In this document: positions 25,855 to 37,828 of the stretch, in pieces
How the letters are laid out: every line of letters starts with the position of its first letter
How positions within the stretch are numbered: the stretch's first letter is position 1
DNA from: Perkinsus olseni
Lineage: Eukaryota
NCBI GenBank assembly: GCA_013115125.1
Contig: JABANN010000141.1
Location: 1 to 62,806 of the forward strand
Direction of reading: 5' to 3'
Length of the DNA stretch: 62,806 nucleotides
Position numbers and translations under genes: made by a program
The notes under the pieces: model-generated
The model's input: the letters and a program-made list of their open reading frames with translations, nothing else
Database searches by the model: none
What the model was told of the DNA's origin: nothing

Positions 25855-26473
25855 TCCAACGAGTATCATCCACCATCATCACCACGGTGGAGTTTCAGTG
25901 ACTGTATTAACATTGGTGAGTAGCCGTATCATCCATATCATCAACCGGCCCTATTGTGCTGGCCTCTCTGTGTAAAATGGTGATGCATCACAAGAAGTAC
26001 CTCAGCATTATAGTAGTATATCTTTGATGGTACATCAATTAGTAACGGTCTCGAAGCTTCGTTACTGTTGTGTTGAAAAAAGTTGTAGATGACGTCGTGG
26101 CCGCCAATGCATGGCGGGGGGTTGTTTGCATGCTTACTTCCAGTGGAGAATGTCGCCCCGGTAAATTGCTTCGTAGCATATTTATACGGAAATGGTGTAG
26201 AGCGCGAAAGCTAGTGCCAGCAGGACTGGACGCGGATTGAACTGACTATGTTGGTCATAAAACAATTACGAAACGCAACTCGGTTTACTAATTACCAAGC
26301 ACATGCTTCATCGATTGAAGCTCGAGACCCCAACACACTTTCAGCTTTCAGGAACGTTACCAACTAGCGGACACGACATACTACTGTAGCGTATTACATG
26401 GTACCCAAAGAGTCAATGGCACTTGACAAACGCAACACGATAAGAAGTAGATGACAGCATCAGTTGCATGGCC

Positions 26474-28168
26474 TCACACCATCGAGTACAGAGTATCAGA
26501 ATCGTAACCTAGGACTAGTAGACCATCATCACCACCGTCATCGTCAGACGGAGGAAAAAATCCATGACCAAAGCAGACCCCTGTTAACATCCTCTGAGCT
26601 ACTTGTGTCGATCCGATGAGGTGGGGTGTCTGATGAAGTGGGAACACCACCGATATCACAGAAAGGCCCCTCACCCCGAAGGAGTTGTCCAACTCTTTGT
26701 CACGATCGACCCTCCAAAGGTTCAAGATAGTATCCTCCGATATTGTTGCCACTAGATGCTGAGGGCAGACCGTCGAGGAAACGGCCGCTAGGGCCCTACT
26801 TTCGCCTCATGAACAGCCATGCCCGTTATGGATCGGCCATGCGCTGATATCTCAAACTAAAGGGCATCACATCACGATCGCTATCTAGTGATGACATTAC
26901 CCTCAATTGCCAATCCGCTGCAGCATCGAAGATCCGCAGTTTTCCATCGCCATGAGCAGCAATGAGGCAGTTGGGGGTGGGGCATCCACAACTGATAATA
27001 CCGGGATGGTGAAGGAAGGAGGGCAACCAATGTCACCTTATAACCGGGGCCTCCGCGTTGCCGCAGGGGGTATTGATGGAGGCGACCTGAGCGGAGGGAT
27101 GCTTCAGATGTCAGTCGGCGATTGAGCAAACCTCTCTGCAGCTTGAAGGCCTCCACACTCGAAGAGATCCATTGGTATATCCGATGACACACATGCTCGG
27201 ACATTCTGCTGATATCACCTCCATCGAACACATAGCGGATACCCCCGGTGGGGTACCGACAGCTGGTCGTAACTGCTGAGCTGAGGGAGCTGAGCCCAAC
27301 TTATCGCCTTTGAAGGGGATAACCTAAGCAGGGTAATAGTGAAGAGAGAAGGGGTAGTCCGACCCTGCAGGAGCCATCACTAGCCCCAATTATTAGGTGA
27401 CCCTCATTAGTCTCCTCCGACGAGTCACCATGCATGCCAGTAACGACCGTCGATGCTGTGAAGTGTACCTGAGTTCGATGAGCATCTCACGACGGATAGT
27501 TGACGAATCGTCAATGACGATGATACTTCATCATCATCTCGAGCATGAACTGAAGGAGGTGGGATATAGCAGAGGGTCCTGCGAAGGTCATCCGTGTAGA
27601 TGTATGCTCCTGACATCATCATCATCCTGATGGTGCACACACAAATGAACCAGTATGCTCACCATCAGTTGATGTGATAACAAGTACAGTAGTAGTAGGG
27701 TGCTGGTGGTGGAGTGTATGGTACCTACCACCACCATCATACTTATGCTGCAGCTGCTGTCGTTGTGCTATACCTCATACTATTCACTCTACCCTTCAAT
27801 GTGGTACTGCCGACAACCCGGACCGCAGAGGCAGATCCCTCTAGGAGATGCTGATGAATGGTGTAGCCCCGGCGAAGGCAGCAGGTGGCAGGCTCTTACG
27901 ATATGATGTCCATCATCAGCAACATAGGCCACTCTGCTGCTGCTGCGAGGCAGCCGGTCTACACTTCCCTCCGTCGCAGCAGTGGCTATAGTGAGGTTAT
28001 TGTAGATCATAGCAGGACTAGTGAGGGGAGAGTGCCACTATCGATGAGAATAGAGGTGACTCACTATAGGAAGAACGAGTCTCCATCACTGTTGGCCCCT
28101 TCTATCTTATGTTCGATTGGGTGCCTGCTGAAGTACTCGGTAGGAGGAGGAGGAGGGCGGCTTGCCAT
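26474..28168 (-). CDS. WD40-repeat protein, WDR54-like
   Basis: IYNNLTI near the N-terminus; GDGKLRIFD, FEISAHGRSITGM, ATISEDTILNLW, LTGVCF and LVLGYD follow the WDR54 pattern as recalled. Confidence 0.75.
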
Positions 28169-28306
28169 GATACCCCTGATAAAGGGCACCCTATTAGCTA
28201 CTGATATGACACAACCAGAATTGTAATGCAGGAAATGGTTACTAAGTATATCATAGGATTGCATAGGACAGTAAAGGGAAGAAAGCGTGATGATAGCCAG
28301 CAGCAA

Positions 28307-29680
28307 CTAGGATAGGGTAGATGGCCTCTTCTTACCGTCACCCTTACGGTGGGTCACATCATCGCTGCTACTGTTACTAGCTCCACCGGTTATTACATCA
28401 GGACCACTAGACTCTGTTGTGAAGGAGGACTCCCCTAGCTCGAGCATCTCCTCTTCCTCCTCCTCATCATCAGATCTCGACCCATCAGAGCATGATTGAT
28501 AACAATTACTCTCATTAGCCGATAAGTACCTTTCATCATCATCTGATAGTATCATACCAGATGTCCGCCGACTCGTCCCACTATATGACGATGATGATGT
28601 GGATGCTCTTACCCTCCCTCTGGGGGACTCATCCGGAGGCTCCTCTACTACCATCGTTGGCATAGTAGCGCCAGAGTTAGATGAGTTGTTGTCGTTGCTG
28701 ACCTCAGTGATCTGCGGACCCTCCTCAACGTCCACAGCTGGGGGTGCATCAAAAGATACCCTCCTGACTGTGCTCTCACTCGCCTGTACCCCGTCACCCG
28801 TAGTAGTGACGACGGCCTCCTTTCGGAACTCTTGATGGACTTCCCCTTCTCTTCGGTAATAATCATAGTACCCAATAAGGTCCAAGGATGAGGATGCCCC
28901 CACCACTGCAGCAGCAGCAGCAGCAGCAGCAGCGGAGGATGATGATGGTGATTCATCTCGAGAGGAGCTGACCAACGACGAACTCCACGATGACGATGGG
29001 GACGATGATAGTGAGGAAGGAGATGGACCATCAAAGCCTCCGAAGGTAGTATTATCTTCATCATCATAAATATTATATTTAACATGATCACCACCATCCT
29101 GGCCACCTAGCTGTCTGAACCCGCGCTGGGTTTGTTTCCTGTGATGTCGTTTAACTCTGCTTCGATCTATCTTCGCGGCCGCTGACTTTATCACAGGTTT
29201 TGCCTTCCCTATCACCGTAGCTGCCATACCACCACCTGCCCGTGCTGCTGCCTTTGATCGGCCTCTCAGCCTATCCCACCAGCTACTACTGCCAGCTGCC
29301 CTAGGACTGCTGCTGCTGCCTGCAGTACTGCCCAACTCTAAGTCCTTCATCTCTACTGCTGCTGCAGGGGCGTTGAACACTCCGTCTCTATGGAAGAGCT
29401 TAAAGAGTATCTCCCGCTGCCTCACTCGAGGAGCAGTAGCACAGAAGAAGACAATACATGCTACCGGTACTACAGTAATGATGATCCAGGCACCGATGAG
29501 CTCAGCCCTATGATAACCATGGCGTTTGTGCTCGGGAGTCGGGGTAGGTACAACTGCGGCGGCCGGTGTATCGTCATCCAGATGCCGAATATTCAGACAT
29601 ACCCCCTGGCACAGCCGAAGACAGAGGAGAGTAATGAGTAGTATCTTATATTGTGGTGATAGATACGAGGGGCTACTCAT
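28307..29680 (-). CDS. Single-pass membrane protein with signal peptide and Ser/acidic low-complexity tail
   Basis: Long ORF. Signal-like KILLITLLCLRLCQG and TM LIGAWIIITVVPVACIVFFC. The ORF extension to 29971 overlaps SGT1 and was excluded. Confidence 0.7.
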   Translation of the reverse strand: MSSPSYLSPQYKILLITLLCLRLCQGVCLNIRHLDDDTPAAAVVPTPTPEHKRHGYHRAELIGAWIIITVVPVACIVFFCATAPRVRQREILFKLFHRDGVFNAPAAAVEMKDLELGSTAGSSSSPRAAGSSSWWDRLRGRSKAAARAGGGMAATVIGKAKPVIKSAAAKIDRSRVKRHHRKQTQRGFRQLGGQDGGDHVKYNIYDDEDNTTFGGFDGPSPSSLSSSPSSSWSSSLVSSSRDESPSSSSAAAAAAAAAVVGASSSLDLIGYYDYYRREGEVHQEFRKEAVVTTTGDGVQASESTVRRVSFDAPPAVDVEEGPQITEVSNDNNSSNSGATMPTMVVEEPPDESPRGRVRASTSSSSYSGTSRRTSGMILSDDDERYLSANESNCYQSCSDGSRSDDEEEEEEMLELGESSFTTESSGPDVITGGASNSSSDDVTHRKGDGKKRPSTLS

Positions 29681-29844
29681 CAACGAGGGTGATGATAATT
29701 GAAAACTGCCAGAAGCGAAACCTTTCCTGGAATACATCAACACTGTGAACTCGACAAGATGTTCCAGAAATTTGGTATCGGGAAATTGGCACACACGCGA
29801 GAAAATAATAACAAAAAGCAACCCGTAGGGCACTAATCCACCCA

Positions 29845-30860
29845 CTACCACTTCCGCCATTCCTGACCATCTGGGGCGTCCGGCCTGAGCGTTAACTGTT
29901 GTTGTTGTTGAGGCAGACCGCCCCTCAGTACTACCTATCTTTGCCCTCATAATCAGCCTTACCAACTTCATCCCAGTTAGTAGACAATACAGTACCTTCG
30001 ACGAAGTATAGAAAAGGAGGGTAATGACTATCGCCTACCGCCAGAGGTCTGGAAGCTCTTCACCATTGCCCTCCTTGTGTCCTCATTAGCATCAGCGTAT
30101 ATTTGACGAAATAAAGCGTTCAATGCCGCCTGTGAGTGATGGTCCGAGTGCATAGGATAATCGGTGACTACATCGCCATTCTCCTTCTCTCCCTTCAGTT
30201 CCTCATCACACATCTTATCGATAGCTGACCAATCCCGGTGCACCTACAAGGCCTATCCGTAATCAGGAGCTATGATGTACCGAGGCCTACCTTAGACGAG
30301 GAGGGATAGCTGCTACTCTCACTAGCAGTAGTTGTATCCACTTTAGGAGCGCTAACTGGTGCCGACGATGCAGCATCGCGAAGTCCCTTAGGACTAGAGA
30401 CGCCCTTATCACAGCGAAGGGACGGCCTGTGTGAGGGATGTACTGCCCATGGGTAGTTGCTGGCAGTTATGATACCATTGTTGTGGTTGATTATCTCCTT
30501 TGGGTAGATGCAGTTCGACCTTGTACGGTGTTATCTCATACGTTGCCTTATCAGCCTTTATTGACCCCCACAGCTCCAAATCCAGTCGGTAGTGCTCGAC
30601 ACTAACCGATAAACACCTTACGGCTGCCCTCTACTAAGTGCATTACCTGCCCTTATCATCATGATTGATCGTTGCCTTCACTGACCTGAGTGACAGTAGT
30701 GGGTTGGTCATCACTGTGGTGCCCTATCCCTACACTACCTCTCACCGAAGTCTATATTTTCAATACCGGTAATCGGATCTACATCCTTTAACTTGATGGT
30801 GATGGTGACAGTATCAGCTGTCTGATACCAATCCAACTTTGATGGAGGAATGCTTGCCAT
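29845..30860 (-). CDS. SGT1: SGT1 Hsp90 co-chaperone (CS + SGS domains, no TPR seen)
   Basis: [15 protein letters not shown] (CS domain); [40 protein letters not shown]...PDGQEWRKW* (SGS domain). Confidence 0.93.
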
Positions 30861-30972
30861 AACGAATACAAACGCACCTCCACTGCAACGATCCTGCTCT
30901 GTTGGGAAATCGATTAACATGACGAGCGCTGATTTGAAAAATTGCTTTTCGTAGTCTTATCGAGAAGATCTT

Positions 30973-32375
30973 ATGACATCTAGCAGCACCGTAGGAGGTC
31001 CAGGAGCAGTGGGGGCTTATGTAAGTCGTTATAGACACTTCCTATCCCTCACCGATCCGAGGACTATGGCGCCAGGAACCTTCTTTGGGATGGTAGCACT
31101 CATTCACCATCTGCTCATTACCATCATCATCATAGTACTCAGACACTTGCCGAGGCTCGCAGCATAGTGGATGGTCAATCGACAGTCATAACAGCCAAGG
31201 ACAGGGCCTTGGCAAGGAGGATAGTACAGGCATCAGTCCATCCAGACACTGGTGAGGTAACGTAGATGTAGTATCCCTCCCCTACTCCTGATTACTGTAT
31301 CATAGACCATCCTACTACCACTACGCATGGCTGGGTTTGTATCCTTCGGCTCCTTACCGGTGATAGGGATGCTAACGCTGGCTGGATTCAGGAACAACCC
31401 CACACTTGGTAGGCCAGTGTTAAGATAAGCATCACCATTACCATTACAGGGACGGCCGTGTGGCAGTTTATCAATCAAAGCCACAATGCCTTATTCAACT
31501 ATGCCAATCGTAATGCTAGTGCAGAGGTCGGTTGTACTGATCCCAATATAATAAAGGAGGCGAAGCAACGCTTCATCATGGGGTATGTAGGAGCTGTATC
31601 GACCAGCATGGGCCTCGGTAGTAACGATAGTCAGCAGTCTTGGCCTAGCAAGTGTCAGGTCTACTTCTAAACAAATGCCTTGGACGTCTGGTAACCCCTA
31701 ATGCAGGGGCTTTCTTCAGAACTCTCATCCCCTTCCCTGCTGTCATGGGAGGCAATATTGCCTCTGGTAGTGGCAATGGCTGCTGTTGGTGTTGGCTATC
31801 CTCTTAGTATGCCTCAGTCCTCCTTATGAGGTGGCATGAGCTATCCGCTGGTGTAGCTGTGAAGAGGCCTACTGGCAATACTCAGGAGAGTATTCAATCT
31901 AGGGAGGCTGCTAAGAGGGCTGTTAAAGATACTATCATCACCCGGTACTATAACCATCCACTTTATAGCACAACCCTTCACATTATTATCAGTATTATAT
32001 TACCGATACCAGTACTACTACTTCCACCTCTACTCCACCGTGGTGTGTTGGTGCGTTTTTTGCCAACAGCAGGCCTACCAGGGACTAGAGCTAACATCAT
32101 AGGGATGTGTAAGCCGAGGTGGTGCTGAGTCCCCTACCCGTCTCTGATCAGCCGTCCTATCCATACTATGTTTTGCCTTTGCTCTACCAGCAGCAGTCGC
32201 GATGTTCCCTCAAGAGGGGACTATGAGGGTTGATGAGCTGGAGGAGGAGGTAATGGTTACCTTGATATTACGGTATGATAATGATGTCTATCAGGCTCGA
32301 GAGAAGGCCCTCTCCCACTGGGGTGCTTCCGGTGTAACTCCTTCTTCTACTGTGGTATACAATAAAGGTATCTGA
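30973..32375 (+). CDS. SFXN: Sideroflexin (mitochondrial tricarboxylate/serine carrier family)
   Basis: RYRHFLSLTDPR, RMAGFV, WQFINQSHNALFNYANRNAS, PFPAV, MRWHEL and C-terminal YNKGI*. Confidence 0.93.
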
Positions 32376-32560
32376 TAAGTCTCGACCCATCAGCTTACCC
32401 CCCCCCATGATGTAGCCCTTATGACTACTTTTGTGTCACTTGTGTTTCTATTGCCCTTTACTAGTGGGTCGAGTGGTAGTGTAAGTCAATTCGTGTCAGC
32501 TACCGCAGCGAGCCTGTCGCCGCCCCTGAACCCCTCTCCACTGTCGTACAGGTCTACCTA

Positions 32561-34464
32561 ATGGGTAATCGACATAACGACCGCAGACTCTGCCTGCCTC
32601 CATCTACTACCATACCAGAAGATATAGCAGTGGAGGGTGTATCATCGAGTGGTATAGCCAACAGGCCTAGGAGGAGTACCATTGGCACGAGGGCGGTAGA
32701 GGACAATCACAGTAGTGGTACCGCGACCATACACACCACAGCTGCCTTTCTCTCTTAGAACTTTATCCTACTGACGTCGTACCACAGGATCGGCTCTCTG
32801 ATACTCCAGAGGAGACTGTGAAGGTGGGGGGTCTAAGATGATAGCACTAAGATACGCTTTACCAGGCTGATACCCCTATTGGGGCTCAGCTCGGTGGAAG
32901 GGACCAACGTGAAGGGGACGGCAAATTGGCCGAGTTGGACCACCTATCCGCCGATGGTCGAGATGAGTACGACGATATGCTACTGGCAGTGGAGCATATA
33001 GCTTCTCCTGTAACTGAAGTAGTGTTAGTGTCCACTGCTGTGTTATCACTACTCCTCAGGTCGCAGTCCCTAGCACAACCACGACCCTACTACGTGCCTA
33101 TGGTGGTATTGGTTTACTTGGGGAGATAGTGGATCGGCTATGGAGCAGAAGTAATCATACCGCATGCCTGATGTGCTTCCGGGCATTCTTGCTCTAGGTT
33201 TGACCGATCCGAGACTTCGCATGCGACTATTAGCTTACCAGTCCCACTCCGGGGGTAGGCATAATAGCGAGCTCCCACTCCTCCACTGCGTCCTCAGTAG
33301 ATGCCCTCGAGGACCAGCGCCCTCCGTCGATAGTCAGGAAAGCCTGGATGCACATACTAGCGCATAGTCTCCTCGCCACTACACCATCGGAAGGATCACA
33401 GTATCTAGTAGGCATGCTTGATAGCACGAAAATCTCCATGCCTTCGGGTTAGACTTACCTCCTGCTGCCACCGCTCATATCTTCATCATATGACACAGCA
33501 GCATTCGCCATCCTGCCTACTACTGAGTATCATCTATCAGCCTTACTCGAGAACTTCGCTATGGTATCCCAGGATATAGCGGTCACTGTTAATGACAATC
33601 AGCCAACGAACAAGGACATAGCAAAGGCCATAAGGGCGATCATCGATACCTCTACCCCTCTTATTATATCATCACCATCATCACCATCGCGGTCTGGGAG
33701 TACCATTGACCCCTTTGACGCACCATTAGATCAGAATGGATCGGAGGGCCTTTGCGGAGAAGAGTCGTGTACAACTTGGTAAGCTCACACTGGGTTAAGT
33801 CGCCTCATGCTTGCTCGTCGGTTTCAGTTGCCTTTATACTGCTACTGCGACACCGTCTCTTGCCGTATGCTCCCCATTACTATCCCTCTGCCTCACTCGT
33901 ACCATCATTACACAACACCCCATCGAATGCGGACATGATGCCACCAATCAACAGCGTCATCATCGTTCGACTACGAGCACCTCTCTATTGGCCCTCCTTG
34001 GTGGGGTTGAGGGTATAACAAGACTTGTGAATAGGACAGTAGAGCTCATCGGAGCCGATACCCGCATCAGGGCCTACTACATCCGTAATGCCACCAGTCA
34101 GGCCACCTCCCCTTCTGTACGCCCGTCTACTTCCACTACAAGTCGACTGTCAAGTTCCCAACAGTCAACCGTCTGTGTTGTGGCTCGTATCATACCACCA
34201 TTGATAGACTATCTAGTAGCCAAGATAAGCTGTTATTCTACATTTGATGGCTTCCATTTAGAAGAGATGAGAACAACAGTTTCCGTTAGTCAGGCCCATC
34301 GATTCCTACCTTTATCTGATTATCATTTCGATTGTGTATGCCAGGACTTCCATACAGCACTCACTGACTGTGGCGTCACTGACACCAATGTAGCCTCTCA
34401 GTTTGGTGTCGTACTGGAGTCATGCAGAGAGGACGTCCTCAAGGGGCATTATGAGAGGAAGTAA
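32561..34464 (+). CDS. Protein with two group-I truncated (2/2) globin-like domains; 5' end approximate
   Basis: Domain 2: LLGGVEGITRLVNRTVELIGADTRIRAYY...QAHRFLPLSDYHFDCV. Domain 1: LLRAYGGIGLLGEIVDRLW|SLTDPRL...TEYHLSALLENF. Confidence 0.72.
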
Positions 34465-35087
34465 GCCAATGCCACTGAATGAGCAGGCATGTATTTGCTT
34501 CCCAGGCCATCTCCGTGGCAGCACAGTCAGCGTGGTAGTGATAGTGATAGTACAGGCAATAGTAGCCGTTACTCTCGAAGGAGTAGAAGTCACGTGAGCT
34601 CTCCAAAGGAGATATTCAACCGAAGGGCCATCGCGACCAGCAGTGATGATCTTATCCCTTCAACCACCATGACAGGGGGTCCCTATTATTTTATGGATAA
34701 CCAGAGGACTGCGGGCTGGGCTGAAGTTCATTCTGGCGGGCGTATCATCGAACTCGACACAGCAAGGAGTGCATCGGCTGGTGGAAGGAAGGAGAAGATT
34801 TATTCACGAACGATTGCGGTTGGCTCCCGTTAAGTAGTTCCTTTTTGATGATTATGAAGTTTCCATAGTTTTGTGATAGTGCGTATTTTCTTTCTATTCT
34901 ATCCTTTTGTCACAGCGAGCACTTGTGTTTGGAACCATTTATGACTCAAATGAAGCAACTCACAGCGTGGGAGAAACACAACCTGATCCATCTCGCAACG
35001 GCCAAGGAGAAGGAAGGAACTCAGACTAGATGTTAGGTAAGTTGGTGTAGTACATCAATAGCAGTAGCCTTTGGTATATAGCGAGAA

Positions 35088-37327
35088 TTATCGTGTGCCT
35101 CTGACGAAGGCAATACAGATGCCGGCAAGCGTACAGGCAATACAACCTCCGATCATGATAGATGCATATCCTGCAGCGAAACATCATGTATCATGAGGGT
35201 TGCCAGCAGCAGCAACAACTGTACTATTACCTCCGAAACCGTAAGATTCCTCCGCTGATGCGGTTGATGTATAACCGAAGAGTTGCAGTGTAGCACCTGA
35301 GAGGTTCTCAGAAGTTGTATCATTGAGATCTTGAGCATTACCCCAAAGCAGAGGTCCAATAGCGGAGCCCAAGAAGGCTGATACACCCCAAATGCCCAGA
35401 TCCTAATGACGACACACTAGTCACTCATACTCAGTACGTACTGTACTACCTTAGCAGCAGCATCATCTGTAGCAGCATCAAGCGCTGCCTCCTTCGGGGA
35501 CGTTGCTGATGTCTCATCACTATCCATAAGCAACGGTGTCTCGGTAGATTTAATTTGGCGATGTTTGCTAGGTAGAGTATCCAAAGCAATAGCATAATCA
35601 ACACTCAAGAAGCATCCACATCCAACCCCATATATGATACAGCATGCTAGTATGACCGTTACGGGGGAGATTACTAAAACGGGGGTGATCAGGGGCATGA
35701 CTGATGAGAATGGCTTACATGAATTTGGTGGTCTGAAGGGTGCAGTCATGAAAAGAAGGTACACAGCAGCCATCACCGTGCCTGTCAATGGGCTATGACG
35801 TAGAGAGATAAGTCACTACTATTACATGCTGCATACACTAACTTCTTCCTACCAACCTCAGCATTATCAGATAGTCTACCCATAGGATATGCTACCGCAG
35901 CGGCCACAACCTACGAAGCAGGTATCACAGCTTCGAGCTGATGATAACAAGTACCTGGGCTGTGATTGCTATTTCGGCAATCCAGACCTGCAGCTGGCCT
36001 TCTGATGGTCGTGTACCATCACTAGTGGCTGAGAAGGAGGAGGTAATCTCTATGGTGGACTATGGTAATGGTGTCGGTATTACGTATTTGATCCCGCAAG
36101 AAGTATAGGATGAATGCTTGTACTGATACTCCTATGTAATAGAAGGTACCTTCATTGCATGCGTAATAGGGTATATAGCAGGGTTGTTACTACGTCCAAT
36201 GAAAACCCAGAGAAAGTCATAACCTTGGGAGCAATCCAGTGAGAAAGACGACGCTAGAGCTGATAGGGTGAGAGGCCTGGGGGGAGGGTCATGATCAGCA
36301 GGGTAACGTTGATGCGGAGCCCTACCTCGATAGATGTTTAGGTAGGGGCGTCTCCTTAGCAGTCATACAACTTATAACCGTAGTTAAGAGGACCATCAGC
36401 GCATATACGATGTATATAAAGTGATAGTCATGCACTGAGGTGTGGTGATGGGAGGCAGAGGGTAGGGAGGAAGGAAGGAGGGCTTACTCCTAGTTAGCAA
36501 GACTACGAGGAATCCAGTGATACTACCAGTAAGCTGATGAACTGCGACAATTCCTGATGCTGAACCCTGAGAGTAGTTATGACATTTCATCGGGAGTAGC
36601 AGCCTACCTGTTGTGAGGGCTCTACTAGATCAGGTACTAGACCACACTGAGCCGAGAATATGGTATTCAACGATAGCATCGACATGAAGAGGAGGAATAT
36701 ATAGACACCTCTAATGGACAAAACGTGATGACTGCTAGTGTGATGATAATTTTCACTTTACCCGAGTTTAAGGGCACTGGCAGCCCACATTAGTAGGACC
36801 CCTAATATGCCGGTTATCGTACACCCTATTATGAAAGGCCTCCTTCTCCCCAGTGACGAAGTGCATTCATCAGAGAATCTACCGGCTATAGGGCAAATCA
36901 ATTGCGATACTCCTACCACACCTGAAGCAGCAGTAGTATTCACCTCCGTGATAAAGTTGTATTTTAATAAATTACCGAGCATTACTCCAAGCATAGGCCC
37001 TTGGGATTTAGGCCAAAGGCGAAGTGCCTCAGCGGGTAATACGAATAGCCCTAGCACCGTGAGACGATACTCGACATTATGGATACTACACGCCTACTAC
37101 CCATGCTGCCACATATTGCACCATAGGGCAAGTTGAAGCTTGTCAACGTCATCAGTTTGATCATACTCATGTGCTCACGTTTCCCCTGTTGCTGTATAAA
37201 AAACTCCTTCCTCGTTACCACCATCCCCTCCTCTATTGACGTTCCTGTGTAATGAATAGTACATCTAAGACCCCATGTACCCAATACTACTACCATCAGT
37301 ATTTGTCGATAGTCCAGGAGATATCAT
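35088..37327 (-). CDS. MFS transporter (sucrose/SLC45/GPH-like), multi-exon; start approximate
   Basis: PIAGRFSDECTSSLGRRRPFI, many hydrophobic exons, YGVGCGCFLSVDYAIALD, end LAGICIAFVRGTR*. Confidence 0.88.
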
Positions 37328-37828
37328 TGGGAGGAAGGTTATGAAAAATGATCTACAAGAAGGGTTATAGAGTATGTGGTGCAAGATTGACGGAAGTGAG
37401 TACACTGCTTCAACAACCATTCGTTTTCAACACCTCAGTACGATCATAGACCGGCGGCCACCCCATTCCACGTGGAATGATCATCATATTCACCTCGTAA
37501 AGTGATATTCATATGAGCCTGATATTCAACTACCTTCAACTCCGTCGAAGTTTCTCACGGCACGCCCTCGAAATTGATTTCATGCCCGAGTTCGCGATAA
37601 ACTTGCAAGGTCACTGATCTCGCTAAACAGAAGAGGTGTCTAAGATGTAAACGCAACATAGGTTATACCTATGCGCATTTTCAATCGCGTTCGCCCGAAA
37701 AGCGACACCCCATCATAGCGGAGTGGTGAAAAGTAGATGTAATTTCATGGGCTTTGAGTTGGAGTATCGACGATGAGGGTGTATGATGGAGTACCCGCGA
37801 GGTTTCCATCACAATTGGTGCGTTATAG

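Noticed and set aside
26273-26289. ACGCAACTCGGTTTACT resembling RNase P CR-V
   Set aside because: No matching CR-I/P4 5' strand found upstream.
29681-29971. N-terminal extension of the 554-aa ORF
   Set aside because: It overlaps the last SGT1 exons in another frame; the signal peptide begins after 29680.
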